64,000 nt of DNA from Candidatus Latescibacterota bacterium (lineage in GTDB: Bacteria > Latescibacterota > UBA2968 > GCA-2709665): positions 1,280,001 to 1,344,000 of the forward strand of contig CBDDDZ010000005.1 of NCBI GenBank assembly GCA_965226795.1. Direction: 5' to 3'. Positions 1-9,116 of the stretch are shown here, piece after piece. A program made the translations under genes and the position numbers. Position 1 is the stretch's first letter. Each line of letters begins with the position of its first letter. Under the pieces are notes generated by a model, which saw nothing but the letters and a program-made list of their open reading frames with translations, did not search any database and was not told the origin of the DNA.

Positions 1-9
1 GAGCCCGAG

Positions 10-2094
10 ATGGCTGAATTTGAAGCGCCTGTATACGATGCCGGGAGATTCTGGGGACAGGTGAAACGCGGCGTTGCGCGGCTTGATCTACCGGAGGATG
101 TGTCGGACCCGGCGGACGAGGCGGCCGCCTGGCGCGCGTGGCATGCCTATCTGGCAGTCAGGCCGGAGCCCACGTGGCATTTCGATTCGGATCGATTCGG
201 TGACACCGTCCGTACGCACTGGCCGGGGTTGGCGCGCGTGTGGATCGAGCAGTCGGACCTGCTGATCGACGGGAAGATGAATTACGGCGAGGACGCCGTG
301 TCCTATGTGCCCGGGATCGGTCTGGACTGGAACGCGAACCCGCACAAAACGACGAACTGGGGCGGGTTGCACTATATGTTTTTCCTGAGGTGGCCGATCC
401 GCGCCGCGATGTTGACCGGCGAAGGGAAGTACGTTCGCGTGGTCTCGGACTGCCTGCGCAGCTATCTCGAGCAAATGGACGACATCCGGGACGAAGCGCT
501 TGTGATGGGGCGCGGTGCGAAGGAGGGCGGATACTACGCGGTCTGGAATACGCTGGCCGTGGGGCTGAAGCTGAAGGCGCTGGGCGAGGCGCTGTACGCA
601 CTTCGCGCCCATCCGGACTGGGCCGTGGCCGATTGCCGGGCCGCATCCATCATGATCTGGCGCCTCGCGCGGCATCTGTACGTGCAGGTGGCGGCACAGA
701 CCGCGGTGGAGTGGCAGCAGCAACTGAATTTCATCGCCTCCGGCAGCGGTGGATTGGGAGGCGTGGGTGCGTTGCTTCCCGAATGGGAGGCCGCGGAGGG
801 TTGGCTGGAAACCGGCCGTCAGATCCAGGAGGTGCTGCTCCTGAACCAGGTGTATCCCGACGGGTTTCAAAAGGAAATATGTACGCAATACCATAAGACG
901 GTCATCCGGTCATTTGCCACGCTGCAGATGATTCTGACCCGCCGGGGCCTGCCGAGCTTTTACGATACGGAACCGTACCGGTCGCGGTTTCTTGCGATGC
1001 ACCGGTTCCTTGCTGAGATTCTGACGCCCGACGGGTTTACACCAGCCATCAATTCGGCGGTGTACGCGCAGGACTGGCCCGCGTTTCTGGCCGCGGGAAA
1101 CTCGTTCTTCAAGGACCCGGTGCTTCAGTGGCACATCGACCATGGGTACGATCCCGAACTCGTGCCGGTTCAGAAAGGCGGCCCCGGTTGGGGAAATACC
1201 ATTTTGAACGACCTGTGTGTTCCGAAACCGGAAGGTGTGTCCGTCCAGGCGCCCGCACCGGTTTCACAACTGTTTCCCGATTCCGGCGTCGCAGTTCTCC
1301 GCGACGGGTGGGGCGGCGAGTCGAACGTGCTGGTCCTGGATTTCGGGCATCCGGAGGGCGGACATGCCTACGGGGCGCAGGCTTCGTTTTCGGCCTGGGT
1401 GAAGGGTCGACCGGCGGCCCTTTCTCCGGGTTCACCCTTCGCTTACAGCGATCCGGACTACAAGCCCTGGTTTTTCAGCACACGGGGGCAGAATACCGTC
1501 TGGATCGACGAGGACGACCAGGAAGCCTGGCGGCCGGGCGGGAAACGACGGATCTGGGGCCGGATGCTCGAGTGGCGGGATACGGAAGAAGAGACTTTTA
1601 TACGTGTCTCACACGACGGATATCGGCGTTCGAAAGGCGTGCGGCACGAACGCACGGTGCTGTTGAAAAAGCGCAGATATTTCCTGATCTACGACGTGCT
1701 GGATGCCACGGAGAGTAACGATTCGCGCACACTGCGCTGGACCCTGCGCTGCCCGGATGAACTGCGTGAGGAGGGCGGTCGCTCACTCGTGAGCGTCGGT
1801 GTTCCCGGCGTCAGGCTGACGCCCGCGTGGACGGAGGCGATCCGTAACGTGGAGATCGGTTGGGGGCCGAGTATGGTCCCGTTGCGCTATCGAGAGGATA
1901 TGTCGGCCCAGAAGGCGCGGATTTGCCATGCACGGTTTGTGCAGGAAGTCCCCGCCGGGGGGCAGGCGCGTTTTCTGGTGCTGATGGTGTCGGGGGATTG
2001 TCCGGACGGGGCGGTTCATGGCGAAATGGTCGACGGCGAGATTGCGGCCACCGTAACCGCATGGGGCGAAACGGACCGCATTGTTCTGAGATGA
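10..2094 (+). CDS. Heparinase II/III-like polysaccharide lyase family protein
   Basis: 694 aa. Helical N-part with DGFQKEICTQYH, then the Hepar_II_III-type C-part LFPDSGVAVLRDGW...DFG..GGH...QNTVWID...SHDGY...HERTV. Start is close to the window edge. Confidence 0.75.
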   Translation: MAEFEAPVYDAGRFWGQVKRGVARLDLPEDVSDPADEAAAWRAWHAYLAVRPEPTWHFDSDRFGDTVRTHWPGLARVWIEQSDLLIDGKMNYGEDAVSYVPGIGLDWNANPHKTTNWGGLHYMFFLRWPIRAAMLTGEGKYVRVVSDCLRSYLEQMDDIRDEALVMGRGAKEGGYYAVWNTLAVGLKLKALGEALYALRAHPDWAVADCRAASIMIWRLARHLYVQVAAQTAVEWQQQLNFIASGSGGLGGVGALLPEWEAAEGWLETGRQIQEVLLLNQVYPDGFQKEICTQYHKTVIRSFATLQMILTRRGLPSFYDTEPYRSRFLAMHRFLAEILTPDGFTPAINSAVYAQDWPAFLAAGNSFFKDPVLQWHIDHGYDPELVPVQKGGPGWGNTILNDLCVPKPEGVSVQAPAPVSQLFPDSGVAVLRDGWGGESNVLVLDFGHPEGGHAYGAQASFSAWVKGRPAALSPGSPFAYSDPDYKPWFFSTRGQNTVWIDEDDQEAWRPGGKRRIWGRMLEWRDTEEETFIRVSHDGYRRSKGVRHERTVLLKKRRYFLIYDVLDATESNDSRTLRWTLRCPDELREEGGRSLVSVGVPGVRLTPAWTEAIRNVEIGWGPSMVPLRYREDMSAQKARICHARFVQEVPAGGQARFLVLMVSGDCPDGAVHGEMVDGEIAATVTAWGETDRIVLR

Positions 2095-2121
2095 CGGGCT
2101 GATCCCGGGGGAGGCCAGGCG

Positions 2122-3810
2122 GTGTCGAAACAGGCGGCGAAATTGCGGGTTCGCATCGAGTGCAACGTGGAAGTAACCATGCGGGATGGCGTCGTTCTCC
2201 GGGCCGACGTGGCGCGGCCCGCCGCACCGGGAAAGTTTCCGGCGCTTGTTCAGCGTACCCCGTACGGAAAAACGGCGAATACGCAACTGGCGGAGGCGGG
2301 GTACGTGGTCATTTCACAGGACATGCGGGGGAGGTATGCTTCCGACGGCGAGTTTACACCGATGTTTATGCCGGGCTATCAGGATGCCGCGGACGGTTAC
2401 GATACCGTGGAGTGGGCGGCGGCACTGCCGTATTCGAACGGAAAGGTTGGGGTATACGGGATTTCCTATCCCTCCTGGGCGTCGTGGGAACTCGCGTCCG
2501 CCAGGCCGCCGCACCTGGTTGCAATGTTCAACGGAGGGTACGCCACGCGTTTGACGGACTGGGAACTGGGCGGCGTGTTGCGCACAGGACGCGTGCTGCA
2601 GTGGCTCTTCCGGTCCCTGGGTCCGGACCTGAGGCGCCGCAGCGGCCTGGCCTCGCCGCACACGCCGGCAGAGGCGCAGGAATCGGCCGGCAAGGATCGG
2701 GAGAAGCCGTTGTGGTTTGTGCCGCTGAAGGACATGCCGGACGAGTACGCGGGCGGCTGCCGGGAGATCTGGCACTACTGGCTGGACCACCATCACAAGG
2801 ACATTTTTGATTTTCAGAAACGGCACGAGGAGGTGGACGTGCCGGTCCTCCACATTACGGGCTGGCACGACCGGCTGGTCCTTACGGTCGATCACTTTTC
2901 GGGTATGCGCGTGAACGGCCGCACGCGGGCCGCTCGAATGGCGCAGCGGCTGGTTGTCGGTCCGTGGTCCCACGGATCGCAGGGACCGCGGCAGGTCGGC
3001 GAAATGGACTTTGGGAAATCGGCGTCGGTCGACTTCAACGGGCTGATGGTCCGCTGGTTCGATTACTGGCTCAAAGGCAAGCCGAATGAAATGATGCGGA
3101 CGGCGCCCGTCCGGTATTTCGTGATGGGAGAGAACCGGTGGCGCACGGCGGCGGCCTGGCCGGTACCCGATGCGAAGCCCGTATCGTTCCATCTGGTCTC
3201 GGACGGCGGCGCAAACGGTGCCTCCGGAGGCGGGAGGCTGATAAGAAGACGTCCCCGGGACCCCGGCAGCGACCGGTACGATTACGACCCCCGCGATCCG
3301 GTGATGTCATTGTTTTACGAGAGTTGTCAGGATGCCCCGTACGATCAGCGTCGGCTGGACGGACGGCGGGATGTGCTTGTGTATCAGACCCGCCGCCTGC
3401 GGAAGGGCGTCTGCGTGGCCGGCAGCCCGGAAGCGGTGCTGCACGCAGCGTCCAGCGCCAGGGACACGGACTTTATCGTCAAGTTGATGGATGTCCATCC
3501 GGACGGATTCGTCCATCAGGTGAGTTACGGAATCGTGCGGGCGAGATTTCGGGTCGGCTTCGACAACCCTCAGCCGCTGGTGGAGGGTCGAATCTATCAA
3601 TACCGGATCCCGATGCTCCCGACAGCGGTGTTGTTCCGGCCCGGCCATCGGATCCGGCTGGACGTGACCAGTTCGGATTTTCCGAATTTCGACCGGAATC
3701 ACAACACCGGTGGAGACGACTACGGGGAAGCCGCATTCGCGATTGCCCGGCAGGAGGTATTCCATGGGTCCGGTCACCCCTCGCATGTGATTCTGCCGGT
3801 GGTCAGTTGA
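2122..3810 (+). CDS. CocE/NonD family serine hydrolase (peptidase S15-like)
   Basis: MRDGVVLRAD, RTPYGK, QDMRGRYASDG, nucleophile elbow GISY, GPWSH, and a PepX_C-like C-domain (GHRIRLDVTSSDFP). GTG start with GGAGG RBS. Confidence 0.9.
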   Translation: MSKQAAKLRVRIECNVEVTMRDGVVLRADVARPAAPGKFPALVQRTPYGKTANTQLAEAGYVVISQDMRGRYASDGEFTPMFMPGYQDAADGYDTVEWAAALPYSNGKVGVYGISYPSWASWELASARPPHLVAMFNGGYATRLTDWELGGVLRTGRVLQWLFRSLGPDLRRRSGLASPHTPAEAQESAGKDREKPLWFVPLKDMPDEYAGGCREIWHYWLDHHHKDIFDFQKRHEEVDVPVLHITGWHDRLVLTVDHFSGMRVNGRTRAARMAQRLVVGPWSHGSQGPRQVGEMDFGKSASVDFNGLMVRWFDYWLKGKPNEMMRTAPVRYFVMGENRWRTAAAWPVPDAKPVSFHLVSDGGANGASGGGRLIRRRPRDPGSDRYDYDPRDPVMSLFYESCQDAPYDQRRLDGRRDVLVYQTRRLRKGVCVAGSPEAVLHAASSARDTDFIVKLMDVHPDGFVHQVSYGIVRARFRVGFDNPQPLVEGRIYQYRIPMLPTAVLFRPGHRIRLDVTSSDFPNFDRNHNTGGDDYGEAAFAIARQEVFHGSGHPSHVILPVVS

Positions 3811-3822
3811 AGGCTCCTGGGC

Positions 3823-3851
3823 TTGACACCACGCGGCCGCCGGCTTATTTT
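3823..3851 (+). promoter_or_regulatory. sigma70-type promoter
   Basis: TTGACA (3823-3828), 17-bp spacer, TATTTT (3846-3851), upstream of the 3944 CDS. Confidence 0.6.
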
Positions 3852-3943
3852 GCATTCGCGCGGGAGACGGTGTTGGTCCGTCGTGCGACTCCAGGCTCGT
3901 ACGCCCGACCGGTTTTTCGTCAATCAGGAACGGAGAGAAGACG

Positions 3944-5188
3944 ATGATCGATCTTACAACCAATCGCCCGATAACGGCGCGGGACGAAATGGTGTTGACG
4001 GTGGGGCCGGGCGAAGGGGATCTGCGGGGAAATGACGACAAGGTGCTGCAGGCCGGCGCAGACTATCTCCGGCGGCTCGGAGGCGGAACCCTGCAGATTC
4101 TCCCCGGCGTGTATACGATGCGCAACGCGCTTTATCTGCATCCGAACCTGACGGTGCGGGGCGCGGGCGAAGCCACGGTACTGAGAAAAACGCCGGGTTT
4201 CAGGACGCATCTGGTGCGGGATTCGGACTGGTACGAAGCGAGGGTGGCCGTCCGGGACGCGGATGGGTTCAGTGTGGGGTGTGGTGTGATGTTGCGGGCC
4301 GTTCGGGGCGGAGACGGCCGGATGGAGGTAGTAAAGGATACGGTGACGGCGGTGGAAGGCAACCTGGTTTCGCTGAGCAAGCGGATCTACAAGAATATGT
4401 GGCTGGAAGAGCGGGCGACGTTGGCAACCATTTTCCCGATTCTGACCGCGGAAGAGGGCGTACACGACGTACGGATTGAGAACCTCGTACTCGATGGGAA
4501 CCGTGAGGAAAATGAGGAGATAAACGGGAACTATTCCGGTGCGGTGTTCCTGCAGCGTTGTCACAGGTACCGGTTCTCGAACGTTAGCGCCCGGAACTAC
4601 AACGGGGACGGGTTCAGCTTTCAGGTCTGCGACGATTTCGTCTTTGAGAACTGCGTGTCGGAGCGGAACGCGAACCTGGGATTCCATCCCGGCAGCGGGT
4701 CGCAACGGCCGGTGTTCCGGAACTGCCGTTCCACGGGCAACAGCCAGGGCATCTTTTTCTGCTGGGGGGTGTCGGACGGCCTCGCGGAGAATTGTATCTG
4801 TTCGGACAATCTCGACTTTGGCATCTCCATCGGACACAGAGACACGGATAATCGGATTCAGAATTGCACCATCGAGCGCAACCATAAGGTGGGCGTGCTT
4901 TTTCGCGAGCCCCAGGCCGAATTCAGAGGCGCTCACCGGAACGTCGTGGCGTCCTGCGATATTCGGGACAACGGATTTACCGGGGACGGAACGGGTGTGG
5001 ACATTCGCGGGGAGACGCACCGTGTGGAAATTCGCAACTGCCGGATCGAAGACACCGGCGGGGGAAAACAGAAGATCGGCATACGGATTGACGAACGGTC
5101 AAAAGATACCGTGGTCGATGGGAATCAGTTCCGGAACCTGGAAGAAAACGTCCTGGCAGGAGGCGTCAGAGCGGCCGCGCGAGTCTAA
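3944..5188 (+). CDS. Right-handed parallel beta-helix repeat protein (pectate lyase-like fold)
   Basis: GGGTLQILPGVY, LTVRGAGEATVL, IENLVLDGN, and repeated F/I-x-N-C...N.G beta-helix turns. GGAG RBS. Confidence 0.8.
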   Translation: MIDLTTNRPITARDEMVLTVGPGEGDLRGNDDKVLQAGADYLRRLGGGTLQILPGVYTMRNALYLHPNLTVRGAGEATVLRKTPGFRTHLVRDSDWYEARVAVRDADGFSVGCGVMLRAVRGGDGRMEVVKDTVTAVEGNLVSLSKRIYKNMWLEERATLATIFPILTAEEGVHDVRIENLVLDGNREENEEINGNYSGAVFLQRCHRYRFSNVSARNYNGDGFSFQVCDDFVFENCVSERNANLGFHPGSGSQRPVFRNCRSTGNSQGIFFCWGVSDGLAENCICSDNLDFGISIGHRDTDNRIQNCTIERNHKVGVLFREPQAEFRGAHRNVVASCDIRDNGFTGDGTGVDIRGETHRVEIRNCRIEDTGGGKQKIGIRIDERSKDTVVDGNQFRNLEENVLAGGVRAAARV

Positions 5189-5410
5189 GTGTCCTGTCCC
5201 GGAAATATGTCACCATTCATCCGCCTGTATGCGTGCGTGAGACAGTACGCACAGGCAGGCGGGTTCATCCCGTCTCGCTGCGTTGCTTGCACTGCCGGTG
5301 CTGAGCCTGTCGAAGCAAGCTTGTCGAAGTGCGTCCGTCGCATGCGTTGAGCTTGTCGAAACGAGCTTGTCGAAACGCCCGCGTTTCGTTACCCTTCGAC
5401 AGGCTCAGGG
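5189..5410. repeat. Composite REP/MITE-like intergenic element, copy 1
   Basis: Begins TCCTGTCCCGGAAATATG just after a stop codon. Contains four AGC(C/T)TGTCGAA units and a perfect 15-bp inverted repeat (5301-5315 / 5394-5408). Homologous to 43252-43382. Confidence 0.8.
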
Positions 5411-5553
5411 TGCATGCCCGGTTTGGGGGATCTGTTTCAGGCAAAGAACGCCATGTGTGTCCCTCGCCGTTGTTATTCTATGAAAAATCGATCAGTTCGA
5501 ATAAATAACTCAGGCAACATCGGATGGTTCAATACGTCGTAAGGAGCAATCCA

Positions 5554-5787
5554 ATGGTTGAACCGTTGAGCGAAGCGGAGATGAAGGACAAGGCGATCCG
5601 GTACCTGAAGTCGCAGTACGGCGAGGACACGGTGCGGATGGACGTTCGGAACAACGGCGTGGAAGATGGCAGCGGGGTACTGCACGTGGACTGCACCGTG
5701 AGCGTGGGCGGGTCGCTATCCGATTGGACGAAGTGGTTCACGTTCAGGCAGGGCGAAGTGGTAAGCATGCGCTGGCAGATGCGGTAG
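5554..5787 (+). CDS. Small hypothetical protein (77 aa)
   Basis: AAGGAG RBS before ATG 5554. Globular alpha+beta-like composition. No family recognised. Confidence 0.65.
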   Translation: MVEPLSEAEMKDKAIRYLKSQYGEDTVRMDVRNNGVEDGSGVLHVDCTVSVGGSLSDWTKWFTFRQGEVVSMRWQMR

Positions 5788-5930
5788 GGCGCGCCCCCGA
5801 CGTCGTTCGGGAATCGAAGGTCCGCGCCGCCGGGGTTCATGCCGGGCGGAGATCTGTACCCAACGGGGTTTTTCGCGTACCGGGTCGCTGGCGTACCCCT
5901 GTTACGGAGCCTGAATTGGGAGGATGTCCC

Positions 5931-6773
5931 ATGCCGATCAAGAATCGCAGTGTCCGCATCGGAATGTTGAAGGCGATGCCCGCCAAATGGGATCTTGAAG
6001 CAAATTGGGCCGTGTTCGAGCATGAGTTCGCCCGGTGTAATGCCAGCGGACTGGATGTATTCGTTACGCCGGAGTGTTTCCTTGACGGGTACGCGGTGAC
6101 CGAGGCGGATTGGACCGTGCGAAGGTTCCTGTCCGTCGCTCAGACGGTGGGGGAGAGCTCATACGTCCGAAACGTTCTGGATCTGGCGCGGAGGGCAAAA
6201 ACGCACATCGTGTTCGGTTTTACGGAATTGAAGGAGGGCTTTTTCTACAACGCGGCTCTGCTGGCCGGACGCAATGGCGAGATCCTGGGCACGTATTACA
6301 AGACGCATCTTCAGAACCACGACCGTCGATTCGCCCCTGGGCGGGATCTTCCCGTATTCGCACTGGATTTCGGTACCGTGGGCCTGGCGATCTGCGCCGA
6401 CCGCCGATGGCCGGAGTCCATCCGCGTCCTCAGATTGAAAGGCGCCGAGGTCTGTCTGATGCCGACGTACGGGATGTGGCATCTGGATAACGAGTGGTGG
6501 ATGCGCACGCGGTCCTACGAGAACCAGATGTTCGTCTGCTTCACGCATCCCAACGTGGCGTTGATTACGGGCCCGAAGGGCCAACTTGACGCTAAACTTC
6601 AGTCGAACGTGCCCGATGTGCTGGTGCACGAAATTGACCTGTCAACCGTGACCGGCGGGAACCATCTGGAGGACCGAAGGCCGGAACTGTACGGGATTCT
6701 GTCGGATGAAACCCATCCGTCCCGCCAGGCGCCGTACGAGCCGGCCACAACCGATGGCGAGTGGAGGCAATGA
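5931..6773 (+). CDS. Carbon-nitrogen hydrolase (nitrilase superfamily)
   Basis: Catalytic E-K-C triad contexts TPEC, YYKTHL and ICADRRWPE; C-terminal DRRPELY; GGAGG RBS. Confidence 0.9.
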   Translation: MPIKNRSVRIGMLKAMPAKWDLEANWAVFEHEFARCNASGLDVFVTPECFLDGYAVTEADWTVRRFLSVAQTVGESSYVRNVLDLARRAKTHIVFGFTELKEGFFYNAALLAGRNGEILGTYYKTHLQNHDRRFAPGRDLPVFALDFGTVGLAICADRRWPESIRVLRLKGAEVCLMPTYGMWHLDNEWWMRTRSYENQMFVCFTHPNVALITGPKGQLDAKLQSNVPDVLVHEIDLSTVTGGNHLEDRRPELYGILSDETHPSRQAPYEPATTDGEWRQ

Positions 6774-6774
6774 G

Positions 6775-7794
6775 GTGACAGAAGGCAAGCTGGACGCCGC
6801 AATTATCGGCTGCGGGAATATGGGAAGAACCCATGCGCTGTCGCTCGCGGGCTTTGAAGACGTATCTCTGCGCATGTTGGTGGATACAGACGCAGACGCG
6901 GCCCGATCGCTGGGTGCGGAGGTCTCGGCCGCGGCGGTGAGCACGGAATTCGAACGGGCACTTGACGACCCTGCCGTCGACGTTGTGCTCATCTGCACGC
7001 ACCACCACCTCCACGCGCCCATGTGTGTGGCGGCGGCGGAAGCCGGTAAGGATATCTTTTGCGAGAAGCCGCTGGCGATCCACATCGAGGATTGCGTTGC
7101 GATCGAGGAGGCTGTAAATGCGGCGGGCGTTAAGTTCATGGCAGGTTTTCAGGCCCGGTTCTCGCCGTTTTTCCTGAAGCTGAAGGAGGTCGCGCCGCGG
7201 CCGTGGTTGACGATCGCACAGTATTTCGATCCCAGGTGGGGAGAACAGAGCTGGGCGAACGACCCGGTTGCCGGGGGAGGCAACGTGTTGAGTCAGGGGT
7301 GTCACTGTTTCGACGCGGTTCGTTTCCTGAATGGGTCCGAGGTGGTATCGATTTACGCGGCGGGTGGTAACTATCACCATCCCACGTTGCCCATCACGGA
7401 CGCGGTGGCGTGTACGCTTCGGTTTGTGGACGGGGCGGTCGCCAATGTCGCGATAGGCGACGTGGGCAAACCGGCGTTGATGGGAAAGGCGGCCTACCAG
7501 GTCTTCGCGGGGGACGCGACCGCGAGTCTGTTCAACTACCACTGGAATCCCGAGATTCGCCTCTGGGGCGCCGAGCCCGGCCGGCTGACAATTGCCGATA
7601 TCCCCGGATGCGACGATAGCGACTTTGCACATGGTTACACGCAGCAGATGCGTGCGGTTGTGGACTGGTCGCTCAGGGGCATCGACCCGGTGCACGCGGC
7701 GAAATTGGACGACGGCGTTCGGGCGACAACGCTTGCCCTCCGGGCCATTGAAGCGATTCGCACCGGTGAGGTCCAGGAGCTGAACTGGGTGTAG
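6775..7794 (+). CDS. Gfo/Idh/MocA family oxidoreductase
   Basis: IIGCGNMG Rossmann motif, DVVLICT..HLH, CEKP, GFQARF. GTG start just after the upstream stop. Confidence 0.88.
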   Translation: MTEGKLDAAIIGCGNMGRTHALSLAGFEDVSLRMLVDTDADAARSLGAEVSAAAVSTEFERALDDPAVDVVLICTHHHLHAPMCVAAAEAGKDIFCEKPLAIHIEDCVAIEEAVNAAGVKFMAGFQARFSPFFLKLKEVAPRPWLTIAQYFDPRWGEQSWANDPVAGGGNVLSQGCHCFDAVRFLNGSEVVSIYAAGGNYHHPTLPITDAVACTLRFVDGAVANVAIGDVGKPALMGKAAYQVFAGDATASLFNYHWNPEIRLWGAEPGRLTIADIPGCDDSDFAHGYTQQMRAVVDWSLRGIDPVHAAKLDDGVRATTLALRAIEAIRTGEVQELNWV

Positions 7795-7880
7795 GCGCTT
7801 TTCCGGGTGCGGCGCGCGCTCGGAAACGCACTGGGAATCTTAAGACCGCTTCTAAGCAGCGGACGAAAGGGACTCGACAA

Positions 7881-8936
7881 ATGAACTACGGTGTCGGATT
7901 GATCGGAAACCGGGCACATCAGATGAGCTATGGCCCGATCCTGGAAGCGCGGGAGGATTGCCGGATTGTAGCGGCCGTGGAACACAGGGCGGACAAAGCC
8001 AGAACCCTTGAGAAACGATTCGGGGTCACATGCGTCGCGGACTACGACGCGGTACTGGAAGACCCGGGCGTGCATATCGTTTCCATTGCCACCGACTTTT
8101 ATCTGAAACGAACCCTGATCGCAAAGGCAGTGGCCTGCGGCAAGCACGTTCTGGTGGACAAGCCCCTTTCGCGCACCGTTACGGAAGCCCGGGAGATCGT
8201 AAACGCTGCCGCGGGTTCCGGGGTCAGGATCGTGTTAAGCTACCCCATCCGATATCTGCCCGGGCTGGCGGCGCTCGCCCGGGGAATTCGGTTCGGGGCA
8301 TATACCAATATAACGTCATATACACATTATTTCGTTCGCCAGTTCAAGGACAGCGACCTGATGCAGTACGTGAGTTACCCCACGCCGGTTAACGTGAACG
8401 GAGGCGGGGAACTGATGAATCTGGGCAGTCATGCGGTGGATTATCTCCACCACCTATTCGGAATGCCCGGCCGCATATTCAGCAGCATGCGAAATGCCTA
8501 TTGGGACGAATACCTGGCTTTCGGTACGGAGGATATGGCGACTGTGGTATGCGAATACGGGGATTTTGTCGCGACGCTGGTGACCGGGCGAAACAAACTT
8601 AAGGAGGAAGGTCCTGCGGCGAACGCGGTGGATGTGACCGCCGAGGGTAATTGGATCCACGCGGAGCCTGAAACCGTGCTGCTCAATGGCGTGGCGTTGA
8701 AACTGCCGCCGGCGCCGCTGTCCTATTCGGAATCGTGCGTGCAGGAGTTGATCGAATGCATCGAGGAGGATCGGGATCCGGTTATGGGCGTAGCGGACGG
8801 TCTGGCGGTTGCGGAGATGACGACCGCGGCTTACCAGTCTGCGCAGACCGGCGAGTTTGTTGCGTTGCCCCTCGAAAACGTGAACCATCCGATGATCGAC
8901 CCAGGTGAACAGGTGATCGAAGGATTTCTGGACTGA
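7881..8936 (+). CDS. Gfo/Idh/MocA family oxidoreductase
   Basis: GKHVLVDKP, GGGELMNLGSHAVD, TEDMA, AAYQSA. Confidence 0.85.
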   Translation: MNYGVGLIGNRAHQMSYGPILEAREDCRIVAAVEHRADKARTLEKRFGVTCVADYDAVLEDPGVHIVSIATDFYLKRTLIAKAVACGKHVLVDKPLSRTVTEAREIVNAAAGSGVRIVLSYPIRYLPGLAALARGIRFGAYTNITSYTHYFVRQFKDSDLMQYVSYPTPVNVNGGGELMNLGSHAVDYLHHLFGMPGRIFSSMRNAYWDEYLAFGTEDMATVVCEYGDFVATLVTGRNKLKEEGPAANAVDVTAEGNWIHAEPETVLLNGVALKLPPAPLSYSESCVQELIECIEEDRDPVMGVADGLAVAEMTTAAYQSAQTGEFVALPLENVNHPMIDPGEQVIEGFLD

Positions 8937-8966
8937 GGTTTCGAAGCCGCTGCCGGCTCCGAAACC
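8937..8966. terminator. Hairpin between convergent genes
   Basis: GGTTTCG-AAGCCG / CGGCTC-CGAAACC inverted repeat directly after the stop. No clear U-tract. Confidence 0.4.
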
Positions 8967-9116
8967 AACGGATTCAATCCACTTGCCGTATGGTAAGGGT
9001 ACAAGAGAATGGGTTCCGGGTCGAACCTCTCCCGGGCCCGCGATGACGGGGGACGCGTTTCGGAGGGACTGAAACACTGCCGGCGATCGGCCCGGGAGGT
9101 CAACTTCCGGGCCGCT

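Noticed and set aside
5301..5376. Tandem GAGCTTGTCGAA units as a CRISPR array
   Set aside because: Units are 12-15 nt with irregular 0-20 nt gaps and an inverted copy, which is REP-like rather than CRISPR.
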